A stretch of DNA of 64,000 bases, taken from contig CAWDEM010000008.1 in NCBI GenBank assembly GCA_963801355.1, positions 896,001-960,000 of the forward strand, written 5' to 3'. The translations under genes and the position numbers were made by a program. A model generated the notes under the pieces. The model saw only the letters and a program-made list of their open reading frames with translations, was not told the origin of the DNA and did not search any database. Source of the stretch: Ignavibacteriota bacterium (GTDB lineage: Bacteria; Bacteroidota; Ignavibacteria; UBA10030; UBA6906). Of the stretch, positions 56,309 to 64,000 are shown piece after piece. Position 1 is the stretch's first letter. Every line of letters starts with the position of its first letter.

Positions 56309-57985
56309 CTATTTGCCCATCTGGATTGCAAGCAGTGCGATGCTCACAGCGGCGCTCAGCACCGCCGCGGATTGGGCAACGATATTCAACACGTAACCGA
56401 AAGGTCTTTCCGGATCCATCGGCACCCAGACATAGTCGCCTTCGGAGACTACCTGGTCTTCCGGAGAAATCCATTGGCGTGTGCGGGCCTTCACGATCTT
56501 GACATCGCTTTCCCTGGCCCGGTCTGTGACTCCACCGGCCCGCTGGATATAGTACCAGGCATCCCGCCCCGGGATGAACTCGATATGCCCCGGATTGAGG
56601 ACCTGGCCGAACACATAGATGGTCTTGCTGATCTGCGGTACAACGATGAGATCATTGTCCTGCAACAGGACGTTCTGTGTTGAATCACCGTGCAGGAAGA
56701 GCGCGGCGAAGTCCACCTGCACAAGTTCTTTACGGAGGCGGAGCGAGGTCTCGAGGTGGAAATACAAACTGTCTTCTTCTGGCACTCCACCCCTCTGGCT
56801 TTGCAGCCGTTCGATTTCGATTTCCGCCGGATCCACGGAGCGACGTATCAGCTCCGCGGAGGCCAGAGAAGCATCAGCAAGAAATCCCCCGGCACTCCGG
56901 ATGATATCTGCCAGTCGTGTTGAATTCCTGGTGACCGGATAGACTCCGGGGTTTTTTACCTGTCCTCTCACCGACACGACGTAGTCGCCCCGGAGGTCGG
57001 AATAACCCGGCACCACCAACCGGTCGCCCGGCTGGAGCGGAAAGTCCCCTTCGCCCCGGGAGAGAATTGCATCGCCGTCGAGGAGGCGGCGCATCAACAC
57101 GTTGCCCTGAAGGTCCTGCCGGATGAATACCACGCTATCTTTTTTGGCGAACGAACTGAAGCCAAACGCTATCCTCAGCGCATCTCGCACGCTGTCTCCG
57201 ATGGCGAATTCATATCTCCCGGGAACATTGACATGCCCGTAGACCCCAAACACGTTGCGGGAGAAATCATTGACCGGAACGACGATAATGTCTCCCTCCC
57301 GCAGGTAGGGATTCCAGCGGTCATCCTTTGTCACCAGGAACTTCTTCAGGTCCACACGCGACTGTGTGCCGTCATTGTGGCGGACGAGGATACGCCGTGT
57401 GGACATATCGCCTTTCATGGTCGCCACATCACCGGTCAGGAGTGGGTCGATCGTCCGGTCGGCCTCCTCGATAGCCTTGTCCACCCGTGCGTATGCGGGG
57501 AGCACATAAGAGCCGGGTTTGACGACCCGGCCCTGCACCGTAACGACGACTGAACGGGGCGCAATCAATGTGATGGAAGCATCCCCGAACTTGTAGCGTT
57601 TTCGGATTTCCGCTCCGAGCTTTGTGCGGGCATCTGCGAGTGTCATTCCTGCCACCGCGAATTCCCCCACGGTCGGCACGATCAGCGTCCCTTCCGGGGT
57701 CACCGTGAGACGGAGCGTGCGCGGCGGATCGGTCCATATGCTTACACCGAAGCCATCCGAAGGGCCCACGACGTAGTTGTTCGGATTGATGACCGACTCC
57801 AGCGCCGGACCCGGGGTGGCGGGTTGAGTCAATGCTTCGAGCGAGGGTGATTCCTTCTCACGGGTTCCCAGGCGCTCCAGGAGTGATCCCGGGGGGTTCG
57901 TCTGGGAGGAGGCCGTTGAGAGCATTGTGATGAACGCCAGCGCCGCAAACGCCATCCTCGTGAAATGTATGCGCTTACCGACCAT
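56309..57985 (-). CDS. Polysaccharide export protein (Poly_export plus multiple SLBB domains)
   Basis: YVVGPSD..V.PEG.LIVPTVG; repeated V.G.V..PG.Y SLBB units; C-terminal hydrophobic helix; start at MVGKRIH. Confidence 0.9.
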   Translation of the reverse strand: MVGKRIHFTRMAFAALAFITMLSTASSQTNPPGSLLERLGTREKESPSLEALTQPATPGPALESVINPNNYVVGPSDGFGVSIWTDPPRTLRLTVTPEGTLIVPTVGEFAVAGMTLADARTKLGAEIRKRYKFGDASITLIAPRSVVVTVQGRVVKPGSYVLPAYARVDKAIEEADRTIDPLLTGDVATMKGDMSTRRILVRHNDGTQSRVDLKKFLVTKDDRWNPYLREGDIIVVPVNDFSRNVFGVYGHVNVPGRYEFAIGDSVRDALRIAFGFSSFAKKDSVVFIRQDLQGNVLMRRLLDGDAILSRGEGDFPLQPGDRLVVPGYSDLRGDYVVSVRGQVKNPGVYPVTRNSTRLADIIRSAGGFLADASLASAELIRRSVDPAEIEIERLQSQRGGVPEEDSLYFHLETSLRLRKELVQVDFAALFLHGDSTQNVLLQDNDLIVVPQISKTIYVFGQVLNPGHIEFIPGRDAWYYIQRAGGVTDRARESDVKIVKARTRQWISPEDQVVSEGDYVWVPMDPERPFGYVLNIVAQSAAVLSAAVSIALLAIQMGK

Positions 57986-58988
57986 AGTACATTTCCTCAT
58001 AGTATTGCTTGTAGGCGCCGCTGGTGATCCGCTGCCACCATGCTTTGTTGGCAAGATACCAGTCCACCGTGCGGGCCAACCCCTCATCAAACTTCAGTGA
58101 CGGAGCCCAGCCGAGCTCCCGCGAGATTTTTGCGGCATCAATGGCGTACCGGCGATCGTGGCCGGGCCGGTCCTTCACAAACCGGATCAACGTATCCGGC
58201 TTGTCGAGCTTCTTGAGCAGCAGGCGCACGATGTCGATATTCGCCCACTCGTTGTTTCCGCCGATGTTGTACACCTCCCCGATCTTCCCCTGCCCCATGA
58301 CGGCGTCGATGGCGGCGCAGTGGTCTTCCACGAACAACCAGTCGCGCACATTCAACCCGTCGCCGTACACGGGCAGCGGCGTGTCGTGCAGGGCGTTGAT
58401 GATCATTAGGGGTATCAGTTTCTCGGGAAACTGATATGGGCCGTAGTTGTTTGAACAGCGGGTCACGACAACGGGGAGGCCGAACGTATGTCCGTAGGCC
58501 AGCGCCACCATATCCGAGGATGCCTTGCTCGCCGCGTAGGGGCTGTTGGGGTGCAGGGGGGTCGACTCCGTGAACTTTCCCTCGGTGTCGAGCGAACCGT
58601 ACACCTCATCGGTGGAGACATGCACAAACCGCTCGATGCCGGTCTCCTTCGCCACATCCAGCAGGACCTGTGTGCCCAGGACGTTGGTTGTGATGAACAC
58701 CCCGGCGCCGAGTATGCTCCGGTCCACGTGCGACTCGGCGGCAAAATGAACCACCGTATCTATGTGATGGTTGCGGAATGCGCTGTCAACCTCTCCCCGC
58801 TCGCAGATGTCGCCCCGGACGAAGTGGTACCGCGGATCGCCTTCACATTCTTTCAGATTCTCCAGGTTCCCGGCATACGTGAGCTTGTCGAAATTGACGA
58901 CGTTGACATCGTCATGGGTACGCAGAATGTAGCGGACAAAGTTGCTGCCAATGAAGCCTGCACCGCCTGTGACAAGGAGATTTTTCAT
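57975..58988 (-). CDS. rfbB: dTDP-glucose 4,6-dehydratase
   Basis: [61 protein letters not shown]. Confidence 0.96.
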   Translation of the reverse strand: MKNLLVTGGAGFIGSNFVRYILRTHDDVNVVNFDKLTYAGNLENLKECEGDPRYHFVRGDICERGEVDSAFRNHHIDTVVHFAAESHVDRSILGAGVFITTNVLGTQVLLDVAKETGIERFVHVSTDEVYGSLDTEGKFTESTPLHPNSPYAASKASSDMVALAYGHTFGLPVVVTRCSNNYGPYQFPEKLIPLMIINALHDTPLPVYGDGLNVRDWLFVEDHCAAIDAVMGQGKIGEVYNIGGNNEWANIDIVRLLLKKLDKPDTLIRFVKDRPGHDRRYAIDAAKISRELGWAPSLKFDEGLARTVDWYLANKAWWQRITSGAYKQYYEEMYYGR

Positions 58989-58991
58989 CGT

Positions 58992-59465
58992 TCAATCCAG
59001 GAGGAAGATCGTTCCGGGATCATTCTCGTGGCGTACTTCGTCGACCGGGTCGCGCCTGCCCTTCCCGGCGAAGAGCGTATTGGGCAGGTTGACAACCATG
59101 CCGGGATGCACGCCGACATTCCGGTAGGCGTGGACGATCCCCGGCGGGATGATCAACGTTCGCGGGGAATCTTCCCCCGCATAGACAATCTGTCGGACCA
59201 TGAATGTCGGGGAATCCTTGCGGTTATCCCAGAGATATACTTTGAAATTTGAGGGTCCGAGGAACGCGAAGTAATCAGCCTGGGCCACGTGTTCATGCGG
59301 CCCGCGGGCGACAGATGGGAGGGTCGTGGAGATGTAGGCCATCACCGGAAGATACGCCGGGGAGACCTCGTCAGAACGATACAGCTCGGTCAGCCAGCCC
59401 CGTTCATCCAGGTATTTCACCATATCTTTCACCACGACATCGTGGATCTTGCCGTTCTTGAACAT
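58992..59465 (-). CDS. dTDP-4-dehydrorhamnose 3,5-epimerase family cupin
   Basis: DERGWLTE, ARGPHEH, DNRKDSPTF, IPPGIVHAY; adjacent to rfbB. Confidence 0.85.
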   Translation of the reverse strand: MFKNGKIHDVVVKDMVKYLDERGWLTELYRSDEVSPAYLPVMAYISTTLPSVARGPHEHVAQADYFAFLGPSNFKVYLWDNRKDSPTFMVRQIVYAGEDSPRTLIIPPGIVHAYRNVGVHPGMVVNLPNTLFAGKGRRDPVDEVRHENDPGTIFLLD

Positions 59466-59497
59466 AAGTATCACCTGTGTAGTGTACGAGCTTTTCG

Positions 59498-59509
59498 CGT
59501 CCTACCGCA
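59498..59509 (-). promoter_or_regulatory. ops-like pause/antiterminator-loading element
   Basis: TGCGGTAGGACG versus the enterobacterial ops consensus GGCGGTAGnnTG; 32 nt upstream of the first ATG of the polysaccharide operon. Confidence 0.5.
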
Positions 59510-59617
59510 TGCTGGGAAAGGGCAAAGACCCGGAGCACCGGGGCGAAGGTTTCTTGACGATCAAGACATCAGTAGCAAGATGAGGAGAGGGGACTCCCTT
59601 ACGTATTCAATTCACAC

Positions 59618-59646
59618 AACTTAACAAATCATCCCTGAAAAGTCAA
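59618..59646 (-). promoter_or_regulatory. Predicted sigma70 promoter of the polysaccharide operon
   Basis: TTGACT-17 nt-TAAGTT, giving a leader of about 145 nt. Confidence 0.65.
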
Positions 59647-59677
59647 TTCCAGGTTTTCGGCCAAAAAACGGCGAAAT

Positions 59678-61312
59678 CTACATTTTTTCGGGGGCACTGA
59701 TGCCGAGGATGGCAAAACCATTCCGGAGGACGATCTGGACGGCATGACAGAGCAACAACCGTGCGGAGGTCATCGGGATGTCATCCGTGACGACCCTGTG
59801 GACGTGATAGTAGGTATGGAACAGCCCCGCCACATCGTGAAGGTAGTCTGCGAGCCGGTGGGGCTCATACGTCATTGTGCAGGACTCCACCGTTTCGGGA
59901 AACTGCAGAATTCTTCTGATGAGTGCCATTTCTTCCGGCGCGGTCAGGAGATCCACGTCGCTGCTCTCGACCGTGCCTGGACGCCCTTCCTCTCCGGCAA
60001 CCCGCTGGATATTGCATATGCGGGCGTGGGCGTACTGAACGTAATACACCGGATTGTCGAGGGAAGTCTGCCGTGCGAGCGCCAGGTCGAAATTGAGGTG
60101 GCTGGAGATTGTGCGCATCAGGAAGAAAAATCGGACCACATCAGCACCCACATACGCGATCAACTCATCCAGCGTGATAAAGTTGGCTTTGCGGGTTGAC
60201 ATTTTGACTACTTCGCCGCCCTGCGAGATGGTGACGAACTGATGGATAAGCACTTTTACCTTGTTTTCCGCGTACCCGAGGGCCTTCAGGGCGGACAGAA
60301 CGTCGGGATATGTCGCAATATGATCGGCGCCGAAGATATCGATCATCAGGTCATAGCCGCGGCGAAATTTCTCAACATGGTAGGCGATGTCGGGGAGCCG
60401 GTAGGTCGGTTCCCCCGAGCTTTTCACAATCACCTTGTCCTTTTCGCTGCCGAGCGTGGAGGTCTTGAACCACAGCGCTCCGTCCTGTTCGTACGTCAGG
60501 CCCCGGTCTTTAAGCGCCTGGATCACCTCGTTGATTTTGCCGTCGGTGTAGAGCGAATGTTCGTTGTAGTAGTTCTGGAAGACGATGCCGAGTGACTGGA
60601 GGGTTTTCCGGATATCCGCGAAGATCTCTTCCTCCGCGATGGTCTTGAAGAACCCTTCCGCGGGTTCATCGCGGAGTGAGTCTCCTTTCTGCGCGCGGGC
60701 GTGCAGTGCGATGTCACGGATGTATTCGCCCTGGTAGTAGTCGGCGGGGAATTCGACGGGTTCGCCCAGTTCCTGGAGATAGCGAAGCCGGACCGAGTCG
60801 CCGAGGATGCGCATCTGCCGGCCGGCATTGTTGAAGTAGTACTCCCGCTCAACCCGGTGGCCGGTCCATTCCAGCAGTCGCGAAAGGGTATCGCCGAAGA
60901 CGGCGCCGCGTCCGTGGCCGACAGTCAATGGCCCCGTCGGATTGGCACTGACGAACTCCACCTGCACGCGTTTGCCGTCGCCGGAAGCCGATCGGCCGAA
61001 CTTCGTATCCTGAGCGAGCACCTGTGCCAGCTGGCGACGGAAGAAGGCTTCCGTGAATGTCACGTTGATGAATCCCGGTCCGGCCACTTCCACCTTCGCC
61101 ACTGTTGCCGGATCGACGGCGAGGTGCTGCGCGATGCGTTGTGCGAGGTCGCGCGGTTTCATGCCCGCCTGTTTGGCAGTTGTCAGGGCAACGTTGGTTG
61201 TCAGATCGCCGTGACCTTCCTGCCGGGGGCGTTCTACGGTAATGCCTCCCGGTGATGTGATTCCGTTCTGCTGCAATGACGCCGCAATGGCGGCGCGGAG
61301 GTAGTCTCTCAT
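59678..61312 (-). CDS. argS: Arginine--tRNA ligase
   Basis: HGDLTTN, AGPGFIN, EFVSANPTGPLTVGH, EYYFNNAGRQ, GADH, KMSTR, YVQYAHAR, LGISAPEKM. Confidence 0.97.
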   Translation of the reverse strand: MRDYLRAAIAASLQQNGITSPGGITVERPRQEGHGDLTTNVALTTAKQAGMKPRDLAQRIAQHLAVDPATVAKVEVAGPGFINVTFTEAFFRRQLAQVLAQDTKFGRSASGDGKRVQVEFVSANPTGPLTVGHGRGAVFGDTLSRLLEWTGHRVEREYYFNNAGRQMRILGDSVRLRYLQELGEPVEFPADYYQGEYIRDIALHARAQKGDSLRDEPAEGFFKTIAEEEIFADIRKTLQSLGIVFQNYYNEHSLYTDGKINEVIQALKDRGLTYEQDGALWFKTSTLGSEKDKVIVKSSGEPTYRLPDIAYHVEKFRRGYDLMIDIFGADHIATYPDVLSALKALGYAENKVKVLIHQFVTISQGGEVVKMSTRKANFITLDELIAYVGADVVRFFFLMRTISSHLNFDLALARQTSLDNPVYYVQYAHARICNIQRVAGEEGRPGTVESSDVDLLTAPEEMALIRRILQFPETVESCTMTYEPHRLADYLHDVAGLFHTYYHVHRVVTDDIPMTSARLLLCHAVQIVLRNGFAILGISAPEKM

Positions 61313-61815
61313 GAAGCTTTCTTCCTCTGGGGTGCAGCTTTCTTTGTCTGAGGGCCGGTTTTCTTCGTCTGAGGGCCGACCTTTTTTGTATGAGGGCCGG
61401 CTTTCTTTCCCCGGGGGGCTGCTTTCTTCGAGGCGACTCTACGGGCCGTCTTTTTGAGTTTCGGAGCGGGGACTTCATCCCTCACCCGTTTGATCTCCGC
61501 ATCCCCCCAGAGTTTTTCCAGATTGTAAAATGGCCGGATATGTTTGTGGAACACATGCACGACCACATCCACATAATCCAGCAGCACCCAGTTCGGACTG
61601 CCCACTTCACGATGCCACACCGGGATCCCTTGTTCCGCAAGTCCGGCAGTTATCCCGTCAGCAATTGCTTTGATCTGCGTGTCGGTATCACCTGAACAGA
61701 CAACAAAGAAGTCGGTGACGCTGCTCAGGCCGCGGAGATTCATGATCACCACGTCCTGTGCCTTCTTGCTCAGCGCCAGATCTGCAACGTGCTTTGCCAG
61801 GATTGAGGGTTTCAC
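61309..61815 (-). CDS. rsfS: Ribosome silencing factor with Lys-rich repetitive C-terminal tail
   Basis: KKAQDV, TDFFVVCSG..QIKAIAD, WVLLDYVDVVVHVF..R.FYNLEKLWGDA, then KK-heptad repeats. Confidence 0.95.
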   Translation of the reverse strand: MKPSILAKHVADLALSKKAQDVVIMNLRGLSSVTDFFVVCSGDTDTQIKAIADGITAGLAEQGIPVWHREVGSPNWVLLDYVDVVVHVFHKHIRPFYNLEKLWGDAEIKRVRDEVPAPKLKKTARRVASKKAAPRGKKAGPHTKKVGPQTKKTGPQTKKAAPQRKKAS

Positions 61816-61828
61816 CGTGTGTGGCTCC

Positions 61829-62287
61829 TTATTGTGCGGGTTTCAGTGATTGATGATCCATACCGATCAGCACCGACACATCCACAAAGTAGTCGGGATT
61901 GATCTGCTGGACGATATGCGGAGCTTCGATACCCAGTGCGGTCGCGACCTTTTCGGCGTTCCGGAGATTTGCGGTCCGCGCGACAACGATGGTATGACGG
62001 ACATCAAAGCGGTGGTAGTTCCGCACTTCGACGACATCATATCCCCTGTCGCGGAGGTACTGTGTGAAGCGCGTGCCCACCTTTGCCGTGCCGCACCCGT
62101 TGATGACGTCCAGCTGTATCGGCTTTCCTTTCGGATCGCCGTCGCGCGCCGGATCGAGGCTGGGTGCGACCGTGAGCCGGAGCACGAAGGAATACGCGAG
62201 GTACGCCACCACGAGGAGGAGGACGATGATGGCCAGATTGAGGAGAGCGCCAGTCGGAAATTTGCGTGCGGAGAATCTGTTTTTCAT
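61829..62287 (-). CDS. Membrane-anchored stand-alone LytR C-terminal domain protein
   Basis: TM helix, then IQLDVINGCG..G, L.DRGYDV, AEKVA.ALG, DVSVLIGMD. Confidence 0.87.
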   Translation of the reverse strand: MKNRFSARKFPTGALLNLAIIVLLLVVAYLAYSFVLRLTVAPSLDPARDGDPKGKPIQLDVINGCGTAKVGTRFTQYLRDRGYDVVEVRNYHRFDVRHTIVVARTANLRNAEKVATALGIEAPHIVQQINPDYFVDVSVLIGMDHQSLKPAQ

Positions 62288-62386
62288 CTCTCCCACTTAC
62301 AGAATGAAAAACCGAGGAACCATCCACCGAACGCGGATGTCCTCGGTCTGTAGACACACCTCGATGTCAGCACGCGATACGCTGTG

Positions 62387-62878
62387 TCAGTACCCATCCC
62401 CACCAAACCAGGGTGATGCAAACGGTGAGTAGTAGTACCCGTACGGCAGCTGCCGGTATTGGATCTGCACCGAAAAATTCTCCCAGGGTTTGTAGTTCAA
62501 TTCAGCCCGGCTGAGATAGATCGAGCTCAGGCTGTTTTTCACACCCTGGGTCATCAAGGAATTACTCGCAAACGGTGAATAGCTCATGCTCACGTCGGCG
62601 CGCGCGTTCAGGTTCTCCGCAAATTCGTACCGCATGCTGTTCGTGTACGTGCCGAGGGAAACGCCCTGGCCACCCATGGTCATATAGGAGAATGAGAGTG
62701 AATGGCTCATGTGGAATTTTTCCGGATTGAACCATCCGAAAAGAAACGACGGCGTAGATTGCTGCAGGATGCCGCTTGAGATGCGTGACTCCTGCTCAAC
62801 CTGCGTTTTGAACTGGGCCCGGGTCGCCGGAGCAACCAGAGCCAGCGTCACAAGTGCCATAACGGTGTACAGTTTCAT
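62387..62878 (-). CDS. Secreted hypothetical protein (beta-strand rich)
   Basis: Signal peptide ending TRA-Q; amphipathic strands; Tyr/Pro-rich C-terminal tail. Confidence 0.75.
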   Translation of the reverse strand: MKLYTVMALVTLALVAPATRAQFKTQVEQESRISSGILQQSTPSFLFGWFNPEKFHMSHSLSFSYMTMGGQGVSLGTYTNSMRYEFAENLNARADVSMSYSPFASNSLMTQGVKNSLSSIYLSRAELNYKPWENFSVQIQYRQLPYGYYYSPFASPWFGGDGY

Positions 62879-62923
62879 CGCTTCTGCCCTTCAGTTCACC
62901 TTATGCGGGAAAGCTCCCCATTC

Positions 62924-62952
62924 AACATACGGAATCGTCAATGATTTGTCAA
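62924..62952 (-). promoter_or_regulatory. Predicted sigma70 promoter (hypothetical-LytR_C-rsfS-argS)
   Basis: TTGACA-17 nt-TATGTT; the -35 overlaps the upstream TGA stop. Confidence 0.65.
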
Positions 62953-63737
62953 CCCTTTCGCCGCGCAAACTCCGCCCTGGCGGCATCCAGCTGTTCCACG
63001 GTGTTGATTCCCTGGACCTCGACCGGTTCTTCTACAGGAACAGCCCTCACCGTGAGCCGGTTCCGCCAGAAATATCCGAAGACGTCCGTCAGGTAGTACT
63101 CGTGCTGCGTATTGGTGTCGGTGATATGTTTCAGCCCATCGAACAGCTGCTCCTTGTCAAACACATAGATACCGGTGTTGATTTCACGGATTTTTTGCTG
63201 CTCCGGGGTGGCATCGCGGTGCTCCACAATACCGAGGACATGTCCGGACTCGACTTTGTGCGGGCCTTCGGTGAGGCTGGAACGGTTATCCCTGAGGATA
63301 CGGCCGTAGCCGGTCGGATCATCAAGTATGGCGGTCAACAACGTTGCTGCTGCGGGTGCGGCACGGTGATACGCGATGAGTCCCTCAACGGTGGCCTTTG
63401 AGAGGAGCGGCACATCTCCCGAGAGCACCAGCACATCGCCCGAGAACCCGCGCAACGGCTCTTCCGCCTGCATCACGGCGTGCCCGGTACCGAGCTGTGG
63501 GGTTTGTTCCACGCACATGACGTTGTGGCCGGTGCGGCTGAGGTGGTTGATGACCGAGTCCTTATGCCAGCCCACCACGGCGACGATGCGCGACGCTTTG
63601 AGATGGAGAGCGAGGTCGACGACGTGTTCGACCATGGGCTTTCCCCCGATGGAATGCATGACCTTTGCCATCGTGGAATTCTTCATGCGGGTACCTTTTC
63701 CCGCAGCCATGATGACCACTGCAAGCTCTCTTTTCAT
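62949..63737 (-). CDS. GlmU-like sugar-phosphate nucleotidyltransferase (N-terminal domain only)
   Basis: MAAGKGTRMK, KVMH..GKPM, QLGTGHAV, LSGDVPLL, DPTGYGRI, EINTGIY, EYYLTD, GINT; ends at 262 aa with no hexapeptide repeats. Confidence 0.9.
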   Translation of the reverse strand: MKRELAVVIMAAGKGTRMKNSTMAKVMHSIGGKPMVEHVVDLALHLKASRIVAVVGWHKDSVINHLSRTGHNVMCVEQTPQLGTGHAVMQAEEPLRGFSGDVLVLSGDVPLLSKATVEGLIAYHRAAPAAATLLTAILDDPTGYGRILRDNRSSLTEGPHKVESGHVLGIVEHRDATPEQQKIREINTGIYVFDKEQLFDGLKHITDTNTQHEYYLTDVFGYFWRNRLTVRAVPVEEPVEVQGINTVEQLDAARAEFARRKG

Positions 63738-63759
63738 GCGTGCCGCATCACCCCTTTCG

Positions 63760-64000
63760 TTATGTGTGTGAACCGGGAATCAGGATATTGTCGATAAGCC
63801 GTGTCGTCCCGAAGCGGACAGCCAGGGAGATCAGGACACCGCATTCCGGCACCCGTCCGCGGAGCTCCAGCAGGGTTTCGGCGTCGGCCACCGAGACATA
63901 GTCAATTACACCGGATGATGAAGAGGTGATACACGCACGCATCTCTTCAATCACCGTTGCGGCGTCCGCATTGCCGTCCCGGATCCGTCGTTCCCCGAGC
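63760..64000 (-). CDS. panC: Pantoate--beta-alanine ligase (C-terminal part; runs off window end)
   Basis: IDYVSVADAETL...LAVRFGTTRLIDN, the typical PanC C-terminus. Confidence 0.9.
   Translation of the reverse strand, partial: LGERRIRDGNADAATVIEEMRACITSSSSGVIDYVSVADAETLLELRGRVPECGVLISLAVRFGTTRLIDNILIPGSHT

Noticed and set aside
59515-59580. GGCAAA-stem resembling a c-di-GMP-I riboswitch
   Set aside because: It is on the strand opposite the operon and lacks the GNRA loop and the following GCAAA motif
60910-60945. ArgRS HIGH motif reading TVGH
   Set aside because: First-position variation of HIGH is known in ArgRS and the rest of the enzyme is intact; not evidence of a pseudogene

Overview
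A roughly 60% GC bacterial core-chromosome segment, almost entirely coded on the minus strand. Gene content and order (accA next to a GT2-sugar-transferase fusion, a uridyltransferase-only GlmU, LytR_C-rsfS-argS, tRNAs without encoded CCA, E. coli-like sigma70 promoters) suggest a Gram-negative FCB-group organism, possibly Ignavibacteria/Chlorobi-like. That placement is an inference. In order: pheT(partial)-pheS-rplT-rpmI-infC-thrS; four tRNAs (Val, Leu, Cys, Gly); a CYTH protein; greA, ribBA, yajC, tgt, vanZ-like, nnr; the membrane-arm half of complex I (nuoJKLM-X-nuoN); a NatAB-like ABC exporter; asnS, nadA, GT9, a deoxynucleoside kinase, folK, folB, gltX; a small phosphoesterase/DUF5009/glycosidase islet; rmuC, nitroreductase, tadA, prfA; a long co-oriented block with nadC, accA and a Wzx/Wzy surface-polysaccharide locus; then argS, rsfS, glmU-like and panC(partial). 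No transposase, integrase, phage gene, CRISPR array or defence system was seen. The most notable observations are: (1) an IT-superfamily 'Na+/H+ antiporter'-like gene coupled to nuoM and sitting between nuoM and nuoN; (2) several families of small intergenic repeats, including a 73-bp insert flanked by a duplicated ribosome-binding region; (3) an ops-like element in the leader of the polysaccharide operon; (4) terminator-like leaders in front of greA and thrS. All family assignments come from motif recognition by eye, with no database searches.
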